A stretch of 60,346 bases of DNA, counting the filler, from Hausera hauseri (taxonomy: Eukaryota), in assembly GCA_046269625.1 (NCBI GenBank). It is 10 parts of 10 records of this genome, joined end to end, with 100 filler letters (N's around TTAATTAATTAA, not from the genome) between each part and the next. Parts side by side here need not be neighbours in the genome. Positions count along the whole stretch, not along the records: positions 25,722 to 31,132 come from JBJURY010260399.1; positions 31,233 to 35,869 come from JBJURY010494020.1; positions 35,970 to 43,060 come from JBJURY010038334.1; 7 more parts are not named here. One strand, given 5' to 3'. A program made the translations under genes and the position numbers. Below the pieces are notes generated by a model, which was given only the letters and a program-made list of their open reading frames with translations, was not told the DNA's origin and searched no databases. Shown piece by piece: positions 26,700 to 40,400 of this stretch; the first letter of the stretch is position 1; the number at the start of each line of letters is the position of its first letter.

Positions 26700-29600
26700 A
26701 GGCTACGGCTTCATAATTAAGGGTCAAAATACAATACAATGTAATAATACAATGTAAAATTACTCGATTTATAAAAGGAGGAAGGAGGTTATTATTAATA
26801 CTTATGACGGTATGAAAAATAAAACAAGATATGGTCACTTTATTATACTCGATAATTTTCTTAAATAATTTGCAGTCGTCAAAAGAATAAAATAATAATT
26901 GTACATATGTCACATTTGAACCCAGATGCAACTTTTATAATGCTGTCAAGTGGGAATAAGTCATAAAATTTTTGTACACACTATTATAATTGTTATTTCG
27001 ACGGTCTGACAATGTTATTTCAACAATCTAACATAGGCCGGACCATTCATCTATATCTACTAAGGTCGGAGAGGAGCAATAAATATTGAAGGTTTTTATG
27101 TTCGTCAAGGGACAAATATGACAATTTGACTGGGCGTGGAACGAAATCTGCAATCCGTTGGTGAATCTAAGAAGCTTCCGGTGTCCAGATACTGTCTAGT
27201 TTGTTATATCGGGATAAATGAAAAAACAATTCGAAAACGTCATTGATCACATTAGTAGTATTCAACGTTCCGAGAGAGCGGATACAATTTATTCGGTAAA
27301 CATCGCACTATGTAACACATTCCCATGGGCCTAGCTAAAATTCGATAAGTCCTAACATAGAATCATGTTTTTAGAGAGAAATAGGATAAAAACTGACGTC
27401 GAAAGTGACAATCATACGTCCTTAGGTGAATCGAGCTACATATAGTATCACTAATTCTAAATCTGGGGCATTACCTAACGTTTGAAGGGAGATCCCATGG
27501 ATACGAGATTCAACATTAGATAAACTAGCACATAGATTAATGAGTGTTGAATAATGGTGTACTAATATTCCATTTTGTACTGCGCCCAGGTTCACCAATG
27601 CATATCTTAATGGCTCCAGAAAGGGCAGTTGTAAAACCAACGAAAAGAAGATCGGTATTCACTGGTTGTCTGGCTAGTCTCATGAAAGGACGGGAGTCCA
27701 TCTCAAAAGACGGCAATGATAGCAAAAAGCAATTAGCCATTCGAGTTGTACCACTGATAGAACAGAGCCAATAGTCCAATCACAATGACGGGACATGGTG
27801 CTCAATTTTTGGCGTGATAGTCGTCGATTCCACAACAATTTTCACATTCGGGAGCACGTTATTTCACACCGTTCTGGTAAAACGAATGGACGAATATTAA
27901 TGACCGGTATCAAACTCGTCTTCTTGTTGTTTTTATAGGAACTTTATATGACCTTCAACCACATATAAGAGGCCATCTTGGATAGTATATTGCAGTTCTG
28001 TTTGTTCACAGAGTTTCTCAACAAAATGTCGAAGCGATACTGTCAACTTTTGCCAAAAACGATAAATTATAATCAATCTGGTTTGATGGTTATTACCCTT
28101 CAACTAGTTGGGTATTGAGAATGGCGTTTTATAGACGATTTTGGGACGCACATGAGAAAAGGCATTGATGGCTTTATATACATTGTTAGAGAGCGGTATT
28201 TCTTGAAGTTCCTCAGGTGATCTCATGTTATTGTCTTGTATCGATAACTATGGAAGATTTCCCAGCTGGAGGCTTTGTACTGTGTTACCTACGAATGGCG
28301 AGAAATATTATTCGGTTGTAAGATTTCAACGTTGGCTGATTACGTTAGTGTGCCAGCTGCTGGTATCTCGTCATTTAATCCATTTAATAAATTTGTGATA
28401 TTCGGCGTTTCCGCCCATGTAATCACTTTAAGAAGTTGGTTTGGCCACTGAAGACAAAAAATCATAAAAATTCGCCAAAGCCATGCAGCTCGCAGCTGTA
28501 GACAAAAGTAACAGTCATAAGATTACTTCATAGGTTAAATTCTATTTTTGACAACTGAGATTCCTCTTACGATTATCTTTATTACTATTGTTATCATTAT
28601 AATAAATTACAGTATTCTCATATTCGTCTTTAACATCCTTACCGTATTCTAAAGTTTTGCCGAAGCCAAAAACCATTCCTACAACTACAAGAATAGCAAC
28701 AATCCAAAAATATAGAACTAGGCCATCAATAGTATTTGACGTCGCGACCTCTCCTGAACACTGCGTCATTAGCGCACCATGAAAAACTGACAGATTCACG
28801 GATTTAGGAGCTATCTATTATAGTGAATGAAGGGTTTCATTTGATAAATCTTTGGCTGATCGTCCTTAAACGTTTTAACGATGTAGAAAATCCAAAGACT
28901 ACCGGATATTTTGGGGTGCTGTAGTTCACCCATGTAATGACAGAATTCTAGCATCCCAGATTTTCCAAATAAGATAAACAAAAATCACTGTGTCGCACCG
29001 AGAAATTGTTCAACATAAATATAATACTGAAAAGCCAATTATATTTTTTACAATATACGTAATGAAGAAATTCGATCAATAATCAGAAAATGTCTATTTT
29101 TTAAACTAAATTTATGCCAATTTTTCACATTAAAACAATAGGCTTTTTGTAAAATTAAAGGTTGTGCAAGTACGGCACTTATCCGTCAACCTCTAAGCAA
29201 TTATTAGTAATTATGAAATATCGATGTTGTTGCAAATTCCGTGTTAAATAAATATTTCAGAACCGTTAATATATTTAACGTGCTGTATTTGGAAGGAGAC
29301 CTGTATAATTGGGATGGTCTTAGAACTGTTGTAGAGCACCTTTTTGGTAATTCTGGAGTTTTCGCAATAATGGATGGGATATTCATCTTCCTAACTGTAC
29401 GGAAGATTACGAAACATCGTGAAGTTTCACTCGATACAGTGTGTGAACAATGCGACACATCAAATCCAAGTCTATTATTTCAAACGAATGTAATTTCGTA
29501 CATTGCAGTGATGTACATTAAGGAATTTATTCCGGAAGCGTCTTCGATTTTCCGTGCGTAAAATCCGGGAATGTGAGTAACTTCAGGAGTTTTAATTATA

Positions 29601-30500
29601 ATTTGCATCAATATGGAATCATTAGGGCAATCTGGTAAAAAGTGCAAATGGAAAAACCAAAGCTGAAAAATGAACCTTTTAACCACTGACAAATAATTCT
29701 CGACAGATTCTTTGAAACGCATATTAACTCGTTGAGTACGACGTAGATCCTAAATAGGAAGGTACTGAAAATTTTGATAGTAAGTTTTGACTAGAACTTC
29801 GAGATTTTTCGTTCCAAGAACGAATTACCGAAATCGGTATTGACTTTTCCAGTCGAGCACGAGAAGGTAGGGGGTAACGAAGTTTGAGAAACAAATTAAT
29901 TTTCTTGAATGTCGGATGATTTTTTGGTGCCTGATGATTTTCTGCAAGGGCATTCTTTGATGGTTTGATCATTTTCTTTGAGCGAAACCGTCGCGCCAGT
30001 CGTGTCTGGTCAACGTATGCCAGGAGGACTCACGTTGATACTCAAATAAGGGTTTGGGGGTCACCCCTTGCTTCCTAAATGTAAGTGGGCATTCTCATCC
30101 GGCATGAAAGTACTCGTAATTGTATTCGTCTATGGTTCTCGGACCAATATGTTAAAACTGAGATTTCTATACGGTATATAAACGTCGGGACCTTTAGTAA
30201 TTTTGAATCTCATCTTCTGATTTGTATACCATTAGCCCATTCTTCAATTACTTGCTGTGATGTTCCTTCATCCCAGTGTTTATAGTAACAGTGGCCTCCT
30301 GGTAGCTTAAATTCCAGGTAGAATCGTTGGTAGCGATGACGACCTTGTATCATAAAGATCCCAATATTCACTGCATTAGAAATATCTAATAGAAATGTGC
30401 ATAAACGTAATTCGTTTCTTTGCCTATTCCATTCCCATTGAATGTTTACTCCATGTGATATCGAGTATAAACACATAAACAAAGAAAACGTATATAATAT
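26700..30500 (-). pseudogene. Highly degenerate retroelement integrase-like region followed by a Cys-rich, signal-peptide-bearing (env-like) region
   Basis: ALAENHQAPKNHPTFKKINLFLKLRY resembles the integrase zinc-binding domain; LPDCPNDSI..; TTSIFH; then hydrophobic LVLYFWIVAILVVVG and LLLLSTAASCMALANFYD, with scattered Cys motifs; many stops. Confidence 0.35.
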
Positions 30501-31232
30501 AGAAAGTTTTGGAACACCTTAGTTAGTTAAAACTAACTCATTTTTGGATTGGGTAATGTTTGCTCCCTCAGATATTTCCGCTTTTAAATTTAAAGGAGCT
30601 CTCTTGTATCGATCTTCAGCAACGGTTATGATTTCTCGTTTCTCCACTTTTTTCGTATTGTAATATTCGTCTCTATAACATTTTCAACTTTATAGGGGCC
30701 TTTCCACGGACGGGTTATTTGGAGACTTGCCTTTTTAACTGCAGGTTCAAATATTGTTAGGGCTCGTTAATTAACATTAACCCCAAAATATGGATAACAA
30801 ACATCAACCCAAAATATTTAACAGTCCAAAAGCAAATTCCGACATAAACCTCAAAAATCGAAATCCGAAACGGAGCAACGCGCAGGACCCGAAATCGAAC
30901 TATAGTTAATCCATAAATTTGATAATAACATTTAATCGTGAATTACAATTGACGATATCGTTATTTGTGTAAATAATATTTCAACATTTTAACAATTGTG
31001 AAATTGATTATAACAAACAACGTTATATTATGAATTTGTAAAACAATAATAAATCCGATATTTGTCTAAATGTCTTCTTGCCTTTGTAGTTGTTAAACCC
31101 TTTTATGGGTATCAATGCTACCACTGTATTTTNNNNNNNNNNNNNNNNNNNNNNNNNNNNNNNNNNNNNNNNNNNNTTAATTAATTAANNNNNNNNNNNN
31201 NNNNNNNNNNNNNNNNNNNNNNNNNNNNNNNN

Positions 31233-31388
31233 AATAAAGGTTTCCACGTTGTCACCTTTTTGGAATTCTTTTGGCATCAATTTCTTCTCGAAGAAGTCTC
31301 TTGAAGCGTTGATCGCCATGTTAGTAAATCGCGTCTCTACCATCCCAACTTCAACCTGACTTGATGATTGTAAAATAGAATTATCCAT
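31233..31388 (-). other. Possible N-terminus of another Gag, cut by the spacer
   Basis: MPKEFQKGDNVETFI resembles the P..F.G..DVE.F start of retrotransposon Gag (compare PMKKFSRKEDVQNFI at ~33300). Confidence 0.3.
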
Positions 31389-31847
31389 AAAAGATTTATT
31401 ATAAAAGTTTATATAACATTTATCTCCTTCACTCGGTAAATATGTCTTATTTTCCCTCTTTTCTGAATTTCTTGGCTTTCTGTTGGCTGTTTATTGAATT
31501 ATCTTTGAAGCATTAAGAGCCATCTCAACTCCTCCTCACAACAATCATTTTGAACTTACGTAATACGTGTGTCAAATCTTCCACGACTCTATTGCATCGT
31601 CTGCAGGTTTTGTTCTCGTTGCTATATGTTCGTCTCGAATGGGTGATACTGTACAAGTGTTATTTAGATGGGAAGTAAAATGAATAAGTACCATAAATTT
31701 ATGGGTGATATTGCAAATGTGCGAAATATCGCACTTCTGAAAACCGAAACCGGAAACGATCGATTATTTAGAACAAAGATCCGCGTTATAATGAATATAA
31801 AATTGTTTCATTTAGTACCATAATGAAAGAATACCATTCAGTCAAAC

Positions 31848-32267
31848 ATGCGTATTACAATTAAAACTATCACCAGTAAATGTTTTAAATTCGAACAGTT
31901 TGATAATTGCACAGTACATAGTATAAAAATGCAATTGCAGACTAAACTCAAATTGAAACATTCTACCGACAATATGAAATTGCTCTTTAAAGGTCGAGTA
32001 TTAGATAACAATCAGTATTTATCTAACCTCAAAAGAAATGAAATTGAATTTCTATTGGTATTTACTAAAAACTCAACTCAACTAAATGTTGATGAATTAA
32101 CTACGGTCGGTTCTCATTCCGATATATTTGAAAACGTTCCAGATGAACAAGAAGACGTTTGGCAAATTGTCAAATTAGGATTTTCTGTTGATGCTGCATT
32201 TGAATTATATTACAAGTTCGATGGTAATCTTGAGAGAGTGTTTCAGTATTTATTGAACTATCAATGA
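31848..32267 (+). CDS. Intronless UBL-UBA protein, minimal Rad23/Dsk2-like
   Basis: N-terminal UBL (MRITIKT...TVHSIK...KLLFKGRVLD) and C-terminal UBA (VWQIVKLGFS...GNLERVFQYLL); AATAAA just after the stop. Confidence 0.75.
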   Translation: MRITIKTITSKCFKFEQFDNCTVHSIKMQLQTKLKLKHSTDNMKLLFKGRVLDNNQYLSNLKRNEIEFLLVFTKNSTQLNVDELTTVGSHSDIFENVPDEQEDVWQIVKLGFSVDAAFELYYKFDGNLERVFQYLLNYQ

Positions 32268-32269
32268 AT

Positions 32270-32500
32270 CTAATAAATAATTCCCTTATCAGTTGATCGA
32301 TCGAATATTTCTAAATAAAAAGAAAATAAACAAACAAAGAATAAAACCACTTACTGCAATTTTCGTCTACTGCTGATTGCTGACTGAACGATTTTCGTCT
32401 GTGGATTGTTGATTTTCTGAAAAATGTTAAATAACGTCTAATGAAAAATAAATTTACCTTTCTATTTTTCTGTTGATTATGTGTAATTTCTTATTGATAC
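32270..32500 (-). CDS. Fragment of a spliced host gene with two short introns, interrupted by an LTR
   Basis: GT..AG introns on the minus strand at 32417-32457 (41 nt) and 32311-32354 (44 nt) with T-rich acceptors. Confidence 0.4.
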
Positions 32501-32502
32501 TG

Positions 32503-33083
32503 TGTAATGGAGTGGGTACAAAACAACTATAAATATGAATGTGAAAAGACATGAAGCACGCCCAGTTTTGAAGTGTGATCACTGCGTAACGTTGTAAAGT
32601 TATTGACGCATATTCTTTTATTGTTACACGTGAGTATCATTCTTTTATTATTACGTGTTTGGTTATCATATAATTTCTTTGGTAGTAGTTGTATGAAGTA
32701 TTTCAAAGTTGTAATTACCATTAATACATTACGTTTTCTATTTAGAGTTATCATTTCGGTTAATTAAAGAAAGTAAATAAGTAAGCGCTAAATAAAGTGG
32801 AAGTCACAGCCGTCCAGGTCTACCCTACCTGACGGCGTCCTGTCTAATTTTAAATAAAGAGTGCCAAGTAAACATTAAGGTCAATTAAATCCGTTGAGGC
32901 CCACAGGCAACCGTTGACCCAACACATTACCCATAGGTTAGTGTTAGGTAGGATCAATATCTCTGTCATATCTGACCCAAAAACATCGATAGCTACCCAA
33001 TTACGCAAAATTGTTCTCTCCACTGATTTGAATAACGCTTTATTATTAAGTCTCTCCCAACCAAAATTGGTGAAGATTGAACA
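32503..33083 (+). repeat. 5' LTR of a Gag-UBL retroelement (left boundary approximate)
   Basis: TGTAAT... to ...GAACA, internal AATAAA hexamers, followed after 2 nt by a PBS. Confidence 0.55.
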
Positions 33084-33085
33084 AC

Positions 33086-33103
33086 TGGTGCCTTGACCCG
33101 GGA
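33086..33103 (+). promoter_or_regulatory. tRNA primer-binding site
   Basis: TGGTGCCTTGACCCGGGA after CA-AC; resembles the complements of tRNA-His and tRNA-Phe 3' ends. Confidence 0.7.
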
Positions 33104-33237
33104 CCTCTCGCATTATATTGTAGAAGTTTACCTTGAAGGAACCAAAATTACAACTAGGAAAGGCACTAGATACCAAGAAGATAGTGAACCGCATTACGGT
33201 TTAGAGTATTTAGATAATTTTTCAGATGAAAACGACA

Positions 33238-35140
33238 TGGCAACCCATAATGCAAACCTAGTAGTGCAATATGTGCAGTCAAAGGCGGACTACATATTAC
33301 CTATGAAAAAGTTTAGTCGGAAAGAAGATGTTCAAAATTTTATAATGGAATACGAATTGTACTCCAGAAGCTTTGGATGGAATGACCAACAACGGATGGA
33401 ATGGTTACCTTTGCACCTAAAGGGAACAGCCCTAACAATTTACTTCCAGAAGCCAGAAGATAATAAAAAGGACTGGAAGTCCATCAAGGATAAGTTGCCG
33501 CAGAAGTTTTTAGTTGATTCCTCTGGAAAGGGGGGAATAGAAGAATTTATAAGAAGAAGGTAGCGCAAGGATGAGTCAGTCCAAGATTATCCATGTGCAC
33601 TGGAAAAATTGGCAGCACGGGCATACCCTGATATAATAACAAGAAATAACGCTTTGTTGGCCCAATTCCAATACGGATTTGAAAGAAAGTTAAGGATAAT
33701 AATTTTACAGGCCGACCTACCTACGTTCCAAAAAGCCATAAGGAAAGCTGGTAAAGCTGAACGGAATATGGAACTATATAGGTGGAACAAGTCTGAAAGT
33801 TATGAAGATAAATAAGATAAAAGGAAGAATAATACCACGCAGAAATATCAGCGGTATTATAGAAACCGGAGCCCATCTCAAACTTCAGCTACAGACGCTG
33901 AATCAGATGTGGAAAAAAAGTCATATTCAAGCAAAAGAATGATGGAGAAAAGTCGAACTATAAAAAGAAATCGTTCATGAAGGATGGAAGGGCATTGCCT
34001 AACATAGATTCAGAAGGAAGGATGAAGTGCTTTAACTGCAATAAATATGGTAATATAGCCAAAACATGCAGGTCACGAAAAAGAGATTCTTCAAAGTCTG
34101 ATAAAAGTAAACAGAAAAAGAAGGATTATACATTAGCTACCTCGGATGAGTCGTCTGACAAAGAATATAAAACAGAAGACAGTGAGCACGAAAAGAAAGA
34201 TAAAAAGAAAGAAAGTGTAAATTATGTAAACGAAATACTGTCTCAACGAATGAAAAAGCAGTTAGCTATAGAATTAAATGATTATAAAATTCAACAAAAA
34301 CGATTATGAGAAAATAATGTTTACGTAACGGAAGAAAATTCCAAAAGAGGAAAACCTCGTCAAGGTAAAAAGAAAGGTAACAAAAAAATAATAGAAGTGG
34401 AATCCAGAGAAACTTCTGGAGAAAAAAGGGATGTAGAACAAAAAGGAAGTAGACGAAAGATAAGTAAGTCCGGTGAGTCAACTCCAGAGGAAAGTGAGAA
34501 AGAAATTCAACCTACAAAGATTTTTGATGAAACTGTTATCGAACAAGTAATACATGACATAGACGTAGATTTAGATGCTGAAGATGATCTGATCCAAGCA
34601 GTCATCGCCATAGATCCTGAGAATATACTTGATGTAAACCAAGCCACAAGCACGATACTAAAGTTAATAGATAACAAGGTATCTTCAGTTAAGATAAATA
34701 AAATTCTATTTGAACTACTATTACTCGCACATGATACAAGTCCCATCAAAGAGATAGCACAGACAATATTGGCTAAAGCAGTCGAAGATGAAAATGGAGA
34801 AATGAAACAGTAAAAATAACGTTAAAGGAAGGGAACCAAGATGTGAGAGTTATCAGAATAAATGAAACAGATGATATATTAGCATTGCGAGAAAGAATTG
34901 AAGAGCTGGAACCGTTCTACAAGGAGTAAGTATATGGGTTAAATTTTTACGGAAGAACGTTGTATGGTTGTGATAAGTTATTACAAATTGGATGCAGAAA
35001 CGATAATTATAATCCCATCACAATAATAGAGATACACCCTGATATAAGAGCAGAACAAACAACAGAAAATATAGATCTAGTTCCGGACCTAACCGGGAGA
35101 AAAATTGGATTGCTAAAAAAAAACTTAATGGCAAAAATAC
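33238..35140 (+). pseudogene. gag: Gag (capsid + zinc knuckle), charged region and ubiquitin-like domain, family copy A
   Basis: FSRKEDVQNFIMEYE..GWND..LPLHLKGTA; RR*RKDESVQDY; LLAQFQYG; CFNCNKYGNIAKTC; UBL-like KITLKEG..IRINETDDILALRERIEE..LNFYGRTL..DKLLQIG at ~34811-35030. Confidence 0.8.
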
Positions 35141-35825
35141 TCGATAGTGTTCAAATAAGACTGATTAAATATTTTTAAGTGAGCGTCTCTCATTTAATAG
35201 GTTGTATGTGTTATTGTAACTAATGTCACCGTTTTCCGGACATTTCCTATGTGTTTAACTACCATGTTCCCTCAACAACATTAAAGTGTTAGTACTAATT
35301 ACTGTAGACAAGATGATTCCATAACTGCGCCCTCAGATGTAGTAATAGTCATCGCAGAAATGTACATTTATGTTACTAGGTACCGTTTATGTCATAACCA
35401 TCGCTCTGAATATAAAGTAACACGGAAACATCATAGAATGTGTCATCGTGGTAAGGTTCACGGTAGAATACCTTCTCAAGCAGAGACACGCCCAACGTTT
35501 CTAAGACGTAATGTCGATCCAATCATATAAATAGTTACCAGCGCCAAGCGGGACCTTCAACATGCAGCATAGCGAAATAGTATAAACACATTTTTGGTAA
35601 CGCGCAAGAACAATCCAACTGACATTTTCATCTAACAAGCTCGTGGACATGGTGAAATTAAAGGTGAAGGTGTTTTAGAATGAATGAATGACATTTTATT
35701 TTGTCAGTTTAAAGAAATAGGTAGTAAACAAACAAATGTGTGTATGAACAGAGCACTCGATAGACCGAAAGAAGTAGATAAGAAGGACACTACACCAGAC
35801 AACAGAAAAAAAAACAGAGAGGAAA

Positions 35826-35869
35826 TTGGTCACTCCGGGAATCGAACCCGCAACACTGAAACGGCGCCA
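35826..35869 (-). repeat. tRNA-derived (B-box) fragment, SINE-like
   Basis: Reverse complement contains CGGGTTCGATTCCCGG (T-arm/B box); cut by the spacer, no full cloverleaf. Confidence 0.35.
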
Positions 35870-36375
35870 NNNNNNNNNNNNNNNNNNNNNNNNNNNNNNN
35901 NNNNNNNNNNNNNTTAATTAATTAANNNNNNNNNNNNNNNNNNNNNNNNNNNNNNNNNNNNNNNNNNNNCTAGACTTGACTCTTAGTGAAAAGTAACGAC
36001 ATGTTATCGATCAGCACTACCACACCAAATAATTGACTTTAGATTATTGTGCGATTAAAATTTGGGATTGTAAAGAAACCCTCAGTATTATAACGACATG
36101 TTATTGGATCAAAAACGAATATTGATAGACAGAAGTCAGAAGATAACATAAGTGTCATTTTAAACGGTAAAGAGAATATTATTTTTGGCAAAACACGTAA
36201 TAAAGTTTATAGAGAAAGTAAGACGTTGAGTAGACGCACTTTATCTAAAACAAACTTAATTAGCACTAAACCTGTTGACCTAAACGCTGTTGAACAGCCT
36301 ATTGAATTTAAAGTTCCGGGCAAGAGAATTAGAGCTCGTAAGATAGTCAAGCACAATCTAATAAACTTTGAGAAT

Positions 36376-37440
36376 ATGGTTGAAAATCAAGCAGTAAATC
36401 AAAAGTTGGACAATTTCGCATTTGACTCTTAATCTGCCGGCGTACGATAAAGACCCGGACGGACTTAATGAATTCTTAAGGACATAAAAGTTGCATGCAG
36501 AAGGTGCTGGACTAGCAGATAATATAATCATTAAGCGTTTGTCATTATATTTAAAGAATCTGGCCGATGATGCCTATAGTGAACTCACAGATGATGAGAG
36601 GAAAACTTCGTCCGCCATGGTAGGAGCTTTAAATCCAAAATTGTTACCGACCGTAACTACGCAACAAAACTAATGGCTTTTCAGAATAGAGTGCAACAAA
36701 AGGGTGAATCGATAACCCAATTAGCTTTTTCATTAAAGAAATTGGCAAATAGCTACTTAAGCACCTTAAGGATAACAAACATAGCCAATGCGAAAAACGA
36801 AGCAGAACGTGAAGCCGCAGAAAAGGCTAGTCCTCCAGATTTGGACGTCATGGTGATGACGCAATTAATAAATGGTATTTGGTCTAAAGACATAGTAAAG
36901 CAGTTGATTTTAGCATGCCCGGAGAATTTCGATAGGACATTGCAGTTAGCCCAAGACCTAAAAATGGCATTAGCCCGGTATACTAGAGACAATGACAGAA
37001 ATGATAGAAACAATGATCAAGGCGATCGAAGCCATAGGAACCAAAATAATAGAAATGATAGATGGTTTAACCGGGATCGGAACAAGGACGATAATTATGA
37101 TCGCAGAAGCGATCGATAAGGTAATCAGAATTTTGATAATAGCTGAAATAGTTTTTCTAATAAATCAAATTATCAGACAGATAAACGCCTAGATGGCTCT
37201 AAAAACTTTAATCGGCAGAATGACAACCGGGATTATGATAATCCCCAATACGGAGAACCTAGATAGGCTCCATCGCAATCGAACTACAATAGAAATCCGA
37301 GTAGATCAAAATCCCCGTTAACTGAAGATGGACGGAAAAGAGTTGGAAGAAATGGCAATTTAGTCTGTTTCACATGTGGACAAAAAGGATACATAGGGAG
37401 ATCCTGTCCAAACCCTCGAAGTGTTTCATTCGTCGAACCT
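36376..37440 (+). pseudogene. gag: Gag (capsid, RN/RD-rich linker, zinc knuckle), family copy B
   Basis: IKRLSLYLKNLADDAYSEL, FQNRVQQKGESITQLAFSLKKLA, TQLINGI, CFTCGQKGYIGRSC. Confidence 0.85.
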
Positions 37441-40400
37441 AGTAAAACTAATGTAATTAAAAACAAAAATTTAGAAGCAATTTACGCTGTCCGGGGAGAC
37501 ACGGGCATGATCATCGAGATACAAGATTTGCGACCGTTCTTAAAGGCCCAGCCTGATACTCAAGACCCCAAGTTTTAGTAGCTAGAAACAAATATGAGGA
37601 CAAATTATGACTAATGGAAGTTTACCACGGTCTGCCCGAACCAGAAACGGAATATGAACGTTCCATTGCCCAACCAAGGCTGAGTGATATGACACTGTAA
37701 AAGAACGTTCCTGCAATAAATAGAAAGTTAGATGAAATAGAAAAGCCTGAGATGCCAGGCGAAGCAAATTTGGATGTAAAACCCAAATATGTATAAAAAC
37801 GGTAACTAAGGAGGCATAGGTCAATGAAAAAGAAGAATTTCTTGAACCACTTATACTTAAAATGACCAAGAATAAAGGTCATAGTCCATCACTAAAACGG
37901 AAAAGTAAAGACCGTTCGAGATCCCCAATGATCAAAGAGAAATCAAAGATAAAGAAAGAGACTGAAATCACGTTGGGAAATGATACAGAATTCGCCTTAG
38001 ACATTCCAGAAATTAAATTAGTTACGTCCGGAGAAATTAGTGAGCTAATAAAATCTGTAAACGAAATAAATGATCTATGTCCCGTACCCACTACCAAAGA
38101 AGAAACAGAACAGGAGGAGAGACTCAATCGTAAAAAGTGGAAAATCAGGCGCTCGTGGAAAAATGCAGGGGAGTTAAAAAGAATGAGGATGAATTGTCGC
38201 AACCTAGAAGTATTACGACAGAACCTAGAGAAGATCAAAGCATTGAGTGAGCAAGTGGATATTTTTGGTAAGGAACAGCAGTTCGTAGAGAGACTATATA
38301 AAAAGATGAAGCTATGCAGTTAAGGGAAACTAAGTGAAGCTATAGACTGAGTTCAGCCCGAAGAAGTGGCAAAAGAAACGCTAGTGCATTGGAAACGGGA
38401 ATTACAACAATGGATCAAACGTAAGACGAAAATTCCGGAGACATGGGATAAAGCTACCCAAGATATTGAAAATAGGATCAACCAGGCTCAGTCGTTATTA
38501 GCTGCATTAGAAGCCAACTCTAAATTAAAAAGATTAGTAAGCAATTTTGAGTGTGTCATGGACGAAATTAGATTCATCATAGTCGAGCAATTAAAAAAGA
38601 AGCCGGTCAAAGAACAAGATGCAAACGACTTAGAGATGTTGAACATAGATCCAATAGATATTCCACCCTTAATGGAAATGATAAAGATCGCTTCGGCGGC
38701 CGCAAAGCAATATACAAGTCTGTAGAATCGTATTAAAATTGAAGCCGAAAAACGGTTCCAGATTTATGGTCTAAATAACAGGATTATGCAACCGACTTGT
38801 ATCCTCGAATTTGACGAATATAAAGATGAGTTTGTTTACGCCTGTCGGGTCATTGATTTTATTAAAGGTCCAGACGATGAGCTAGAAGACGCTCGTAAAT
38901 TGTTAAATAAAGCAATATTGGCAAAGGCAGAAATCGTTATTCAGTTGAACAAATGGTTCAAAGTAATAACAAGATTGAGTGAATTGATAAACAGTAGAAA
39001 AAACGAATTTCCGAAGAGCCAGTCTACAATGAAGATGCAATTAGAGGAAAACGCCCGAAATCTAAATACAATAAGAGCAGAAATTGACATCCAAACCCAA
39101 TTCGAGATGCTACGTAAATTGAATTTTATGGAAAAGAAACTAGAAACGATGATACTAGATGATATATAAGATGATCGAAGAAACACACTCCATGCGAAAG
39201 CGGAATGCGACTTGCGATTTCTATCCACGATTAAGAGATGTCCGCCTGAAGGGAATACGCTGGTTGACAGCCAAACCTATTGAAGAAATTTCAATCTCAG
39301 ATCTTAAAACTTTGGATTTTGTCCCGAATATCGGTCGATCTTTGAAGAAACGGTGAAATTCTTACTCCAACCACAAGGATGGATGGACAGAACGGATAAG
39401 AGACTTCATACCGAACTGATTAAAAAGAAGAGAGACTGCCATTTTAATTTTTAAGAGATCAAATTTGTAAAAAAATTGTCAGATACGATAGATCCTGATT
39501 CAAAGAGTATTAACGAGATGTACGAATTAGCGTTACTGATGGCAGAAATGGCAGAAATTAGTGACGAAAAATTAAGGCAATTGTTGCAGCAGATTCAGCA
39601 AGCCGAAAGAACATTTATTAAGATGAAACAAAGAGCGATAAGATTAGACGAACTAGCTAGAGAACTCGAATTGTATAAAAACAAATATGCCCTTACAGAA
39701 GCTGAAAAAGTGGACAAGGCACAATTCGTGCAAAGATGGCAAAGAGATGTCACGTCTGAACTAACATATTATTAAGAAAAGGGGCTAATTTCGCCTGAAG
39801 AATTATGTTCAATGTTAACACTGCTCCACCAAACGTCCACTAATGGACGATTTTTCCGAACGATGAAAATGGTCCAAATGCAACAGAAACTACAAGAATT
39901 CAGAGCAATTACCTGGCCCGCACGTGTAGACAGGTTAGCCAATATACCGTCGAGGAGCTATCAACTGCCAGGTAATGAAAATGAACCAGATTGGGAGACC
40001 TATTTAGATGCAATGATTGCGGAGAATCCGAAAACCCCAATACACTTAGGCGAAATGGCGATGTATTCTCTAGACCAAAGGTTCGATGTAGGGTTGACTC
40101 TGGACCTATCACAAACCCGAGAAATATTTAACTCAGCTGATCGAGTTAAATCTCACTGAAATTCAATTAAGACGGTTATTCCCCACTCTAACTAAATTAG
40201 CTAGTGAAGGTACAATCTTCAATACAGTACCTAAGCTTTTACTCAAAGAATATGCCAAAATCCTAAAAGCAAAAGCAGAAGAGACGATTCTAGTAAAATT
40301 CGCATAGGACTGGATGGACAAGAAGGAACAAGAGTTCACTACGCGCTCCCTTGTAAAGGATGTATTACTGTGGATAAAGAATAACGGATACGCCCATGAG

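Noticed and set aside
31848-35030. The neighbouring host UBL-UBA gene as the donor of the Gag-linked UBL
   Set aside because: Similarity is limited to generic UBL residues (F.GR.L), and the UBL is already present in three diverged copies, so proximity is probably coincidental
35826-35869. tRNA gene
   Set aside because: Only a T-arm/B-box-like piece; no full cloverleaf, and it is truncated by the spacer
37485-37515. DTG in AVRGDTGMII as an aspartic protease active site after the Gag knuckle
   Set aside because: Lacks the two hydrophobic residues before D and the A/S after G, no downstream ILG.D motif, and no equivalent seen in copies A or C; a profile search should still confirm
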